Shown: piece after piece, positions 38,141 through 46,762 of the stretch
Layout: each line of letters begins with the position of its first letter
Position numbering within the stretch: the stretch's first letter is position 1
Assembly: GCA_963663385.2 (NCBI GenBank)
Contig: CAXXXD010000004.1
Span: 320,001 to 384,000, forward strand
Direction of reading: 5' to 3'
Source of the DNA: Oceanispirochaeta sp.
GTDB lineage: Bacteria > Spirochaetota > Spirochaetia > DSM-2461
Length of the DNA: 64,000 nt
The notes under the pieces: model-generated
Database searches by the model: none
Told to the model about the DNA's origin: nothing
The model's input: only the letters and a program-made list of their open reading frames with translations
Position numbers and translations under genes: made by a program

Positions 38141-38701
38141 TCAGTTGTTTGCTGTAGATTTGAGGGGCTCCTCTTCCAGACTGGCTTCCAGCATTTTAAG
38201 TGCCTGATCAGCTTTGAACTCAGCAAAAGCTGCATCTTCGTTTCTGGCAAAGATATCGGCGACTTCTTCTGTCATGGCGTTCTTTGGATAGGAAACCATG
38301 GCATACCAGTTTCCGTCTACGGCAGCATATACTTTTTCTGTTACAGCTCCGTTCAGTTCCACATCAGCAACCTGTTTTGTAATGGATTCAACAAAGGTTA
38401 TCGCCTGAGAATTTCCGTCAGCACCAGCTTCCTGAGCATAATCTGTCATCATGGACTGTACGCGTGTACTTACCTGGAAGGCGACATCTTTTCTGGCTCT
38501 TGCAATGGCGGTATCTCTGGAAAGGCTGTCGGAAGACATTTTTGCCTGTCCCAGTCCATATATAACATCTTCAGATACGGGAGGGTTCAGATACCATTCG
38601 GGAAGGTCTCTTCTTTCTTCAACTTTCTCTCCGGAAGCACAACCGGCCAATAGGGCAATAAGCATTAGAATCGATCCAATAAAAATCAGATTTTTTTTCA
38701 T
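38141..38701 (-). CDS. LPP20-family lipoprotein
   Basis: Lipobox LAGC; LPEWYLNPP..DVIYGLGQA, AIARARKDVAFQV. Confidence 0.8.
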   Translation of the reverse strand: MKKNLIFIGSILMLIALLAGCASGEKVEERRDLPEWYLNPPVSEDVIYGLGQAKMSSDSLSRDTAIARARKDVAFQVSTRVQSMMTDYAQEAGADGNSQAITFVESITKQVADVELNGAVTEKVYAAVDGNWYAMVSYPKNAMTEEVADIFARNEDAAFAEFKADQALKMLEASLEEEPLKSTANN

Positions 38702-38819
38702 GTGTAATCTCCTTGATCATCATTGCTTTTACTATAACAAAGTAAAAAGTCATTTATGTTCTTTTTTTATTATATTCTCTATTGTATGTGATATCCAGAT
38801 TAGTTCAAATTATTTTGAT

Positions 38820-39515
38820 TTATTTTAATGAACCCAGGTATTCCTTCAGTGCTTCAAATGTGGGAGCTGACAGATCAATCTCCCATGATCTCTGACCGAC
38901 ATTTTCCGGGTAGTGCGCATCGGAGCCGGTCAGTTCCGGGTATCCATGGGTGTTCAGGCTGCAGGGAGAGTGCATAACCTCAACCGCGTCATAGTCATTG
39001 TCCGGAAGAAAGCCCAGCTGGCTGGATATGCTGAAGGCGGAGCGGTCAATATGGGCCGGTATGAAGAGTCCCCCCTCTTTATGGACCATGGGGATCAGTT
39101 CTTCAATGGAATACTCTACGGCTCCTCCGGCCAGAAACTTATCCAGTTCTCCCAGGATTCCCTCATCCTCATCTACTATGATCTGGTCGCCCATGCTGTC
39201 CGGGTCATTGGGAATCGTGGCCAGACTCTCATACATTTTAAATCCGAATTTCATGGCTGTTTTAAGGTCGCCGAACAGGCAGAGAAGGTGGGCTTCCTCC
39301 CGTCCCGTCACTTCCAGGCCGAAGACGGGGGTGATTCCGGCCCGGCTGCAGCAGATTTCAAAGGCCGGCAGGTTGTCTACCGCATTATGATCCGTAAGGG
39401 CCAGCATACGGATCTCTCTCCTAGCCGCTTCTTCTACAAGACGGGAAGGTGACATTTCCAGACTGCCGCAGGGACTGAGGCAGGAGTGATTGTGAAGATC
39501 CAGGCGGCAGATCAT
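38820..39515 (-). CDS. PHP-domain phosphoesterase
   Basis: DLHNHSCLSPC, ALTDHN, GLEVT..EEAH, PAHIDR, GSDAH. Confidence 0.9.
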   Translation of the reverse strand: MICRLDLHNHSCLSPCGSLEMSPSRLVEEAARREIRMLALTDHNAVDNLPAFEICCSRAGITPVFGLEVTGREEAHLLCLFGDLKTAMKFGFKMYESLATIPNDPDSMGDQIIVDEDEGILGELDKFLAGGAVEYSIEELIPMVHKEGGLFIPAHIDRSAFSISSQLGFLPDNDYDAVEVMHSPCSLNTHGYPELTGSDAHYPENVGQRSWEIDLSAPTFEALKEYLGSLK

Positions 39516-39841
39516 TACAGGAGCGAGTGAATCTTCCAGGAAGCGGTAAACTGATTGTCCTTTGTGCGGAATACGGAGATCTCCTCATCGGCGGCGGAAC
39601 TCAGCATATCTTCCGGGGCCGGTCTGTTATTGCATATCAGGATGGTTCTGATGCCGGCCAGAGAAGCGACGGCTACTGTGTTTTTATGAGCCTGAATCGT
39701 TATAAGTACAGAGTCTTCCGGGGCGTTTCCCATTACATCGCTCAGGAGATCCGAGGTATATCCCCCGGTAATCTCTTCATCCATGTCCTCTTTAACCAGG
39801 CATTCGTAGGCGAGTTTATCGGACAGATCCTTAACCTTCAT
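39515..39841 (-). CDS. DRTGG-domain (HPr-kinase N-terminal-like) protein
   Basis: ITGGYTSDLLSDVM, VLITIQAHKNTVAVASL. Confidence 0.85.
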   Translation of the reverse strand: MKVKDLSDKLAYECLVKEDMDEEITGGYTSDLLSDVMGNAPEDSVLITIQAHKNTVAVASLAGIRTILICNNRPAPEDMLSSAADEEISVFRTKDNQFTASWKIHSLL

Positions 39842-40773
39842 TTTTTATCTCCTCTTTCTTCTGCAGTTTTTGTATATATCAGGGAGGTAACAACCGTACC
39901 TTTTCCCGGTGTGGATTCAATATTGAAATCATCGGAAACGCGCATTACATTGGGGAGGCCCATGCCTGCTCCGAACCCGAGGGAACGAATCCAGTCGTTG
40001 GCTGTTGAAAACCCTTCGGTCAGGGCACTCTGAACATTTTCAATTCCCGGTCCAGTGTCGGTTGCCACAATCCTGACGCTGTCATCGTTCAGGTGAAACT
40101 GCATATGCCCTCCAAGGGAATGGACGACCTGATTGATTTCCAGTTCATAGGAAGCCACGGCTATGCGCCGTATGATCTTCCTGTCTACCTGACGTTTCTT
40201 CAGGGCTTTTTTTATTTCTGTTGAAGCTTTTCCGGCATTTTCGAAATCATAACGGTGGCAGATGAAATTCATCTCTTCAGGACTGTTCCCTTCCTGCTCC
40301 TTTTTGGGGATCAGATCTTCCAGTCTTGTCATCTCCTGATTCATTTCCAGGAGAAGATGGTTAACGATATCCCTGCTGGTTATAATCCCGACCAGCTCTT
40401 TATGCATGTTGAGCACAGGAAACCGGCCGTAATGATACTTGTCCATATAGTTTATGGCGAAAGAGAGGGGCATGTCCTCTTCCAGGACTATAACATTACG
40501 GGTCATATGCTCCTGGGCGCTCTCTTCAATCTGCCCCTTGTCCATTGTGGATAGAAGGTCTTCCATACTGACAATGCCGAGCAGACGGTTGCCTTCGGTA
40601 ACGGGAACACCTGTAATCCTCTCCTCTTTCATAATATGCTGGATGTCTCTCATGGAACTGTTTTTCCCGACTGTTTTAACCCGACGTGTCATCACATCCT
40701 TGATTTTAAGACGAAAGATCATTTCCAGTATGACCGAGGGAGAATTCTCCGTATTAAGGGGGATTGCTTGCAT
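39838..40773 (-). CDS. CBS-pair fused to RsbT/SpoIIAB-like Ser/Thr kinase (HATPase_c)
   Basis: Two CBS repeats (ITGVPV, YGRFPV); YELEINQVVHS, DTGPGIENV, EGFSTA, GFGAGMGLPN. Confidence 0.85.
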   Translation of the reverse strand: MQAIPLNTENSPSVILEMIFRLKIKDVMTRRVKTVGKNSSMRDIQHIMKEERITGVPVTEGNRLLGIVSMEDLLSTMDKGQIEESAQEHMTRNVIVLEEDMPLSFAINYMDKYHYGRFPVLNMHKELVGIITSRDIVNHLLLEMNQEMTRLEDLIPKKEQEGNSPEEMNFICHRYDFENAGKASTEIKKALKKRQVDRKIIRRIAVASYELEINQVVHSLGGHMQFHLNDDSVRIVATDTGPGIENVQSALTEGFSTANDWIRSLGFGAGMGLPNVMRVSDDFNIESTPGKGTVVTSLIYTKTAEERGDKK

Positions 40774-40781
40774 ATTAATTC

Positions 40782-40809
40782 AGTTTAACCATTTTCCGGG
40801 ACAAGTCAA
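40782..40809 (-). promoter_or_regulatory. Internal promoter for CBS-kinase/DRTGG/PHP, near-leaderless
   Basis: TTGACT, 16 bp, TAAACT, 8 nt, ATG (40773); no SD. Confidence 0.45.
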
Positions 40810-40818
40810 TCTTGGGGG

Positions 40819-41448
40819 TTACTCCATGTTGTCACTTTTTCCGCTGATCTGAAAGAACAGATTTTCCAGTTCCAGACAGATATTCACATTCTGTACCCGA
40901 AGCTGTTCGGATGACTTCAGTTCCACGGGAGTGAAATTCAGGATCCCCTTGATATCGGCTTCCAGAAGAAGGTCTCTGGTGTGGGATGCCGCTCCCGCGG
41001 GAACGCAAAGTATGGCGACTCTGATTTTATGCTGGGTAAGGTAGTTGTTCAGCACTTCCATCGGATAGATGGGGATTCCGTTTATCTCCGCTTCCCGGGG
41101 GTTGATGTCGAATCCTGCCGTTATATTTATCCCTTCCTTATAAAAGGCCTCATGTTTTATCAGTGCTTTTCCCAGGTTCCCGCAGCCTACAACAACCACA
41201 TCCTGCAGTTCGCTGGTCCCCAGTATCTCATTAAGGGCGTCAATCAGATCGTTGATGTTGTATCCCCCCTTTCTGTTTCCCTGAACGAGCTGCAGCCTGG
41301 AGAAGTCTTTTCGTACCAGGGCAGGAGTAACTCCCACGGCATCTCCCAGGTTGTTGGAAAAAACTTTTTCCAGTCCCAGAGATTTTAACTGAATAAGTAT
41401 CCTTTTATATTTTATCAGGCGCGCTGTAAACTCTTTATTCGTTCTCAT
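40819..41448 (-). CDS. rex: Redox-sensing transcriptional repressor Rex
   Basis: RLIKY, VRKDFS, G..KGGY, VVVGCGNLGKAL, GILNFTP. Confidence 0.95.
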   Translation of the reverse strand: MRTNKEFTARLIKYKRILIQLKSLGLEKVFSNNLGDAVGVTPALVRKDFSRLQLVQGNRKGGYNINDLIDALNEILGTSELQDVVVVGCGNLGKALIKHEAFYKEGINITAGFDINPREAEINGIPIYPMEVLNNYLTQHKIRVAILCVPAGAASHTRDLLLEADIKGILNFTPVELKSSEQLRVQNVNICLELENLFFQISGKSDNME

Positions 41449-41452
41449 AATT

Positions 41453-41486
41453 CATTTATTGTAATTGAATTCACAATAAATGTAAA
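41453..41486 (-). promoter_or_regulatory. Rex operator embedded in the rex promoter
   Basis: TTGTAATTGAATTCACAA (41459-41476; 2 mismatches to TTGTGAA-N4-TTCACAA) within a 10-bp inverted repeat; overlaps TTTACA-17-TACAAT. Confidence 0.7.
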
Positions 41487-41602
41487 GTTAGTCAATCCTA
41501 AGCGTTTTTGATCACAAAAACCTCTGATTAATTGTTGTCATTTTTAAAAAGAACTCATATACTGGTCCAATCAATATTTTTATATAGATTAATGGAGGTT
41601 CC

Positions 41603-42079
41603 ATGCCTGTTGAAACGGAAGAATTTAAAATGTCCGAAGGGTTGCTCAGTTTTATTGCTGAATGGAAAGAAAAACCCGGAAACCTGATTATGATCCTGCA
41701 CAGGGTTCAGCAAGAGTTCGGCTATATTCCAAAGAGTATTGCTGTAGAGTTGGGTAAAATGCTGGATGTGCCCCTTGCCAAGATTTACGGGGTTATAACT
41801 TTTTATCATTTCTTTAAGCTGGAGAAGCCCGGTAAGCACACGATCTCTGTCTGTATGGGTACAGCCTGTTACCTGAAAGGCGGTCAGGATCTGATCGATG
41901 AACTCGAACAGCTTCTGGGAATCGGATGCGGCGGAACAACTGAAGACGGTCTGTTTTCCCTGGAAGCGGTTCGATGTATCGGATGTTGCGGCCTGGCGCC
42001 TGTTCTGACAGTTGGACAGGAAGTATTTGGAAAGCTGACAACTGACCAGCTGCCTGAGGTAATTGCCAAATTCAAGTAA
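41603..42079 (+). CDS. hndA: [FeFe]-hydrogenase NuoE-like subunit (HydC/HndA)
   Basis: VCMGTACYLKG, VRCIGCCGLAPV [2Fe-2S] ligands. Confidence 0.9.
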   Translation: MPVETEEFKMSEGLLSFIAEWKEKPGNLIMILHRVQQEFGYIPKSIAVELGKMLDVPLAKIYGVITFYHFFKLEKPGKHTISVCMGTACYLKGGQDLIDELEQLLGIGCGGTTEDGLFSLEAVRCIGCCGLAPVLTVGQEVFGKLTTDQLPEVIAKFK

Positions 42080-42092
42080 TGCGGCAGAGCAG

Positions 42093-42668
42093 ATGCACTA
42101 CACACTGAGCGACATGATTCTGGATCTTGTCCAGAATTCCATAGAAGCGAAAGCTGAAAGGATTACCCTTGATCTGATCCGATCCGGTGATTTTCTGACC
42201 GTTCGCCTGGCCGACAACGGCTGCGGGATGACGGAAGGACAACTGAATAAGGCTAAGGATCCGTTTTATACAGACGGAATCAAACACAGCCACAGGAAGG
42301 TCGGTCTTGGAATCCCCTTTCTGATACAGACGGTAGAACAGGCGGACGGCCGTTTTGAGATACATTCTGAGAAGAATATGGGAACCTCTTTAGACATACG
42401 GTTTAATCTGGGGAATGTTGATACCCCCCCGGAGGGTGACTGGCCCGGCTTGTTTATGCAGGCTTTCTGTTTTGAAGGGGATTACGAACTGATCATCAAA
42501 CGGATGCTGATTAGTGAAAATAAAAGGGAAGTCGCCTATACCCTCAGCCGTACCGAACTGAAGGATGTGCTGGGAGATTTCAGTGATTCTGGTGCCATGA
42601 TCCTTTTGAGGGATTATCTGCAATCTCAGGAAGAAGAATTGTTAAGTGAATGGAAGGAGATACATTAG
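42093..42668 (+). CDS. Histidine-kinase-like ATPase (HATPase_c) inside the hydrogenase operon
   Basis: LDLVQNSIEA, DNGCGM, DPFYT, VGLGIP; no H-box; ATG 42093. Confidence 0.85.
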   Translation: MHYTLSDMILDLVQNSIEAKAERITLDLIRSGDFLTVRLADNGCGMTEGQLNKAKDPFYTDGIKHSHRKVGLGIPFLIQTVEQADGRFEIHSEKNMGTSLDIRFNLGNVDTPPEGDWPGLFMQAFCFEGDYELIIKRMLISENKREVAYTLSRTELKDVLGDFSDSGAMILLRDYLQSQEEELLSEWKEIH

Positions 42669-43058
42669 ATGGCAAAAATGACCCTCGAAGAACTGCGTAA
42701 ACTGAGATCCAGTCAGAAATCAGAGATGGATCGCCGTGACGTAGACGGAAAAGAAACACATATCATTGTCGGAATGGGAACCTGCGGTATTGCCGCCGGA
42801 GCCAAAGAGGCTCTCAACAGTTTCCTGGACGCAATCAAAGCGAATAATTTAGGTGATGTTGTTGTAAAACAGACCGGATGTATGGGGCTCTGCTATGCAG
42901 AACCGACAGTTGAAGTCAAGGTTCCCGGAATGCCCGATACCATTTACGGCAACGTAGATGCTGCTGTGGCTAAAGAGATCGTTGAGTCTCACGTTATGCA
43001 CAAAGCGCTGGTGGAAAATCATATCTTTGATAAACCCGCCGGAGACATCATTAAATAG
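42669..43058 (+). CDS. hndB: Thioredoxin-like [2Fe-2S] ferredoxin subunit (HydD/HndB)
   Basis: IVGMGTCGIAAGA, QTGCMGLCYAEP. Confidence 0.85.
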   Translation: MAKMTLEELRKLRSSQKSEMDRRDVDGKETHIIVGMGTCGIAAGAKEALNSFLDAIKANNLGDVVVKQTGCMGLCYAEPTVEVKVPGMPDTIYGNVDAAVAKEIVESHVMHKALVENHIFDKPAGDIIK

Positions 43059-43073
43059 GAAAGAGAGGAAAAC

Positions 43074-44867
43074 ATGGCAGTAAAGAATTATATACTGGTT
43101 TGTGGTGGTACCGCCTGTGAATCCGCAAAAGGTGACGATATCTATAAATCTCTCCTGACGGAAGCGGAAGCGCAGGGTGTCGCCGAGGATGTACAGATCG
43201 TTAAAACCGGTTGTTTCGGGTTTTGTGAAAAGGGACCGATTGTTAAGGTTCTCCCCGAACAGGCTTTTTATGTAGAAGTAAAACCGGAAGATGCAAAAGA
43301 GATAATCGCTGAAACAATTATTAAAGGTAGAATGGTTGACCGTCTGCTCTATAAGGCCGAGCAGGGTGAAAAAGGCAATGCGTTCGACATCGACAATATT
43401 GAATTCTATCAGAAGCAGTACCGTATTGTACTCCGCAACTGTGGTCTGATCGATCCTGAAAACATAGATGAGTACATTGCCCGTGACGGTTATGCCGCAC
43501 TGGAAAAATGTCTTTTTGAACTGAAACCCGATGATATCATCGAAGAGCTGAAAAAATCCGGACTCCGCGGACGCGGTGGTGCGGGATTCCCTACCTGGAT
43601 GAAATGGAACTTCACCAAACAGGTTGAGGATGATCAGAAATACATTGTCTGTAATGCTGACGAGGGAGACCCCGGTGCCTATATGGACCGTTCTACCCTG
43701 GAAGGCGATCCCCATTCCATCCTGGAAGCCATGGCCATCGCCGGTATCTGTGTAGGCGCCGATAAGGGAGCCATCTACATCAGAGCTGAATATCCTCTTG
43801 CGATCCAGAGACTGGAAACTGCCATGAAGCAGGCCCGGGAATACGGACTGCTGGGTGACGATATCCTGGGATCCGGCAAAAGCTTTGACCTTGAAGTAAG
43901 ACTGGGTGCGGGTGCGTTTGTCTGCGGTGAAGAGACAGCTCTTCTGGCTTCCATCGAAGGAAACAGAGGTATGCCTATTCCCAAACCGCCATTCCCCGCT
44001 GTAAAGGGTATGTTCCAGAAACCGACAGTTATCAACAATGTTGAAACCTATGCCAATATCCCCGTTATTATCAATAAAGGCGGAGACTGGTTCTCTCAGA
44101 TCGGTACGGAAAAATCCAAGGGTACTAAAGTATTCGCCCTTACCGGAAAGATTAAAAACTCCGGCCTTGTCGAAGTTCCCATGGGAACAACTCTCCGGGA
44201 GATCGTTTTCGATATCGGAGGCGGTATCCGCGGCGGCAAGAAGTTCAAAGCTGCTCAGACCGGCGGACCTTCAGGCGGTGTAATTACAGAGAAGTATCTG
44301 GACACTCCCATCGACTTCGACAACCTTCTGGCGATAGGTTCCATGATGGGATCCGGCGGTATGATCGTTATGGACGAAGACGACTGTATTGTTGATGTAA
44401 ACAAATTCTACCTGGACTTCTGTGTTGAAGAATCCTGCGGTAAATGTGCCCCCTGTAGAATCGGTACCAAGAAACTCTATGAGTATCTGGACAAGATTAC
44501 AAAAGGCCAGGGCGATATGGAAGACCTCCAGAAGATGCGGGATATCGGTGAAGCCATGAAAAAGGCCGCCCTCTGTGGTCTGGGACAGACTGCTCCCAAC
44601 CCGATCCTCTCCTCTCTGGAAAACTTCTACGAAGAGTACAGGGAACATATCGAAGACGGTAAGTGTTCCGCCGGTAAATGTAAGGATCTCGTTCACTACG
44701 AAATCATTGCTGACAAGTGTATCGGTTGTACCGTTTGTGCCAGAAAGTGTCCTGTAAACTGTATCAGCGGTGAACGGAAGAAACCCCATGTAATCGATCA
44801 GGATAAGTGTATCAAGTGCGGTGCCTGTTACGAAGGCTGTAAGTTCGACGCGATCACAGTATCTTAA
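43074..44867 (+). CDS. hndC: [FeFe]-hydrogenase NuoF-like flavoprotein (HydB/HndC)
   Basis: SGLRGRGGAGFP, CNADEGDPGAYMDR, GGPSGG, ESCGKCAPCR, C-terminal 2x[4Fe-4S]. Confidence 0.95.
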   Translation: MAVKNYILVCGGTACESAKGDDIYKSLLTEAEAQGVAEDVQIVKTGCFGFCEKGPIVKVLPEQAFYVEVKPEDAKEIIAETIIKGRMVDRLLYKAEQGEKGNAFDIDNIEFYQKQYRIVLRNCGLIDPENIDEYIARDGYAALEKCLFELKPDDIIEELKKSGLRGRGGAGFPTWMKWNFTKQVEDDQKYIVCNADEGDPGAYMDRSTLEGDPHSILEAMAIAGICVGADKGAIYIRAEYPLAIQRLETAMKQAREYGLLGDDILGSGKSFDLEVRLGAGAFVCGEETALLASIEGNRGMPIPKPPFPAVKGMFQKPTVINNVETYANIPVIINKGGDWFSQIGTEKSKGTKVFALTGKIKNSGLVEVPMGTTLREIVFDIGGGIRGGKKFKAAQTGGPSGGVITEKYLDTPIDFDNLLAIGSMMGSGGMIVMDEDDCIVDVNKFYLDFCVEESCGKCAPCRIGTKKLYEYLDKITKGQGDMEDLQKMRDIGEAMKKAALCGLGQTAPNPILSSLENFYEEYREHIEDGKCSAGKCKDLVHYEIIADKCIGCTVCARKCPVNCISGERKKPHVIDQDKCIKCGACYEGCKFDAITVS

Positions 44868-44890
44868 TGAGACGTTAAGGAGAAAAATCA

Positions 44891-46642
44891 GTGGAAACTG
44901 TAGAAATAAAAATTAATGGTACGCCTGTACAGGTAGATAAAGACTTTACCATACTGAAAGCGGCAAAGCAGGCGGGGGTGAAAATCCCGACCCTTTGTAC
45001 ACACTCCGATCTGGAGCCCTGGGCCGCTTGTGGTATCTGTGTTGTTAAAGTGGAAGGTTCTCCCAGAATGGTCAGGGCCTGTGCCACCAAAGTAGTTCCC
45101 GGTCAGAATTATATTACCCATGACCCGGAGCTGCAGAAAATCCGGAAAACGGTTATAGAAATGACCCTGTCCAATCATCCTCAGGAATGTTTGACTTGTG
45201 GTCGTAACGGTTCCTGTGAACTTCAGGCTCTGGCCGCCGAGTTCGGTATTCGGGAAATCCCCTTCCATATGGATATCAAGGAGCTCCCCAAAGACGAATC
45301 CACCCCCTCTCTGGTATTCGATCCCTCCAAATGTATCCAGTGCGGACGCTGTGCACAGGTTTGTCAGCAGCTGCAGGATGTATGGGCTCTGGAATTCCTT
45401 CACAGAGGTCATGAAACCAGAATCGCCCCTTCTGCGGGCGTTCTTCTGAATGAAAGCCCCTGTATCAAGTGTGGTCAGTGTTCCGCTCACTGTCCCGTTG
45501 GTGCCATCTACGAAAAAGATGAGTCAGCCGCCTGGTGCGCAGCCGTTCAGGACGAGAAAAAGCATGTTGCCGTACAGATAGCTCCCGCTGTTCGTGTCGC
45601 CATTGGCGAAGCCTTCGATATGGAACCCGGCGCTATTTCAACAGGTAAGCTCTACGCTGCCCTGAGAAGACTCGGTGCAGATGCTGTATTCGACACCAAC
45701 TTCTCTGCCGACCTTACCATTATGGAAGAGGGAACTGAGCTGGTTAACAGGATTACCAAAGGAACCGGTGTTCTGCCTCAGCTCACATCCTGCTGTCCTG
45801 CCTGGACGGATTATATGGAAAAATACTACCCCGATATGATTCCCCACTTCTCGACGGCAAAATCCCCCATGATGATGCAGGGGGCCATTACCAAAACCTA
45901 CTATGCCGATAAGGCGAATATAGACAAGAAAGATATCTACTCTGTTGCCATTATGCCCTGTACGGCCAAAAAGTACGAAATTACCCGGGATGACAATATG
46001 CAGGCCTCCGGTGTAAACGATGTGGATCTGGTTCTTACAACCAGGGAGCTTGCCCGTATGATTAAAAGAGCCGGTATCGATTTTGCCCATCTGGCTGATG
46101 AAGATGCGGACAGCCCCATCGGAGCCTATACCGGTGCCGCCACGATCTTCGGTGTAACCGGTGGTGTAATGGAAGCGGCCGTCCGCACCGCATACAAGCT
46201 GGTTACCGACAAGGAACTGGATGATGTAAACGTTACTGCTGTACGTGGTATGGAAGGTGTAAAAGCCGGTTCCGTTGACTTTGCCGGAACCGAGATCAAG
46301 GTTGCTGTCGCTCACGGCATGGCCAATGTCAAAACCATAATGGAAGAGATAAGGGACGCCCGCGAGAAAGGGGAAGAACCTCCCTATCACTTTATCGAAG
46401 TTATGGCCTGCCGCGGTGGCTGTATCGCCGGTGGTGGTCAGCCCTACGGTACGGAAGACGATATCCGGGATAAGAGAATCGCCGGTATCTACAAGGATGA
46501 TGAGACCTGTGAAATCAGAAGGTCCCACGAGAATCCCGAGATTATTCAGATCTACAAGGAATTCCTGGGTGAACCTATCAGCCATAAGGCTCATGAGCTT
46601 CTCCATACCACATATCAGGAAAGACCTCTTTATCAGAAATAA
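44891..46642 (+). CDS. hndD: [FeFe]-hydrogenase catalytic subunit (HydA/HndD, M3 type)
   Basis: H-cluster motifs TSCCPAW, MPCTAKKYE, EVMACRGGCIAGGGQP; [2Fe-2S], His-[4Fe-4S], 2x[4Fe-4S]. Confidence 0.95.
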   Translation: METVEIKINGTPVQVDKDFTILKAAKQAGVKIPTLCTHSDLEPWAACGICVVKVEGSPRMVRACATKVVPGQNYITHDPELQKIRKTVIEMTLSNHPQECLTCGRNGSCELQALAAEFGIREIPFHMDIKELPKDESTPSLVFDPSKCIQCGRCAQVCQQLQDVWALEFLHRGHETRIAPSAGVLLNESPCIKCGQCSAHCPVGAIYEKDESAAWCAAVQDEKKHVAVQIAPAVRVAIGEAFDMEPGAISTGKLYAALRRLGADAVFDTNFSADLTIMEEGTELVNRITKGTGVLPQLTSCCPAWTDYMEKYYPDMIPHFSTAKSPMMMQGAITKTYYADKANIDKKDIYSVAIMPCTAKKYEITRDDNMQASGVNDVDLVLTTRELARMIKRAGIDFAHLADEDADSPIGAYTGAATIFGVTGGVMEAAVRTAYKLVTDKELDDVNVTAVRGMEGVKAGSVDFAGTEIKVAVAHGMANVKTIMEEIRDAREKGEEPPYHFIEVMACRGGCIAGGGQPYGTEDDIRDKRIAGIYKDDETCEIRRSHENPEIIQIYKEFLGEPISHKAHELLHTTYQERPLYQK

Positions 46643-46693
46643 TTCCGATTCAGGCCGGTTTCTTTTGAAGCCGGCAGGTTAAAAGAAAAATCC

Positions 46694-46728
46694 GGAGGAC
46701 TTCCCGTTGAGGAGGTCCTCCTTTTTTT
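46694..46728 (+). terminator. Intrinsic terminator of hydrogenase operon 1
   Basis: GGAGGACTTC/GAGGTCCTCC stem plus T7; a second hairpin (GCCGG/CCGGC) lies just upstream. Confidence 0.8.
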
Positions 46729-46762
46729 ATAAACTGATTGAAAAGATACTACCGGGAGCCTT

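Noticed and set aside
42849..46606. Several 170-320-aa minus-strand ORFs
   Set aside because: Shadows caused by codon bias of the hydrogenase genes
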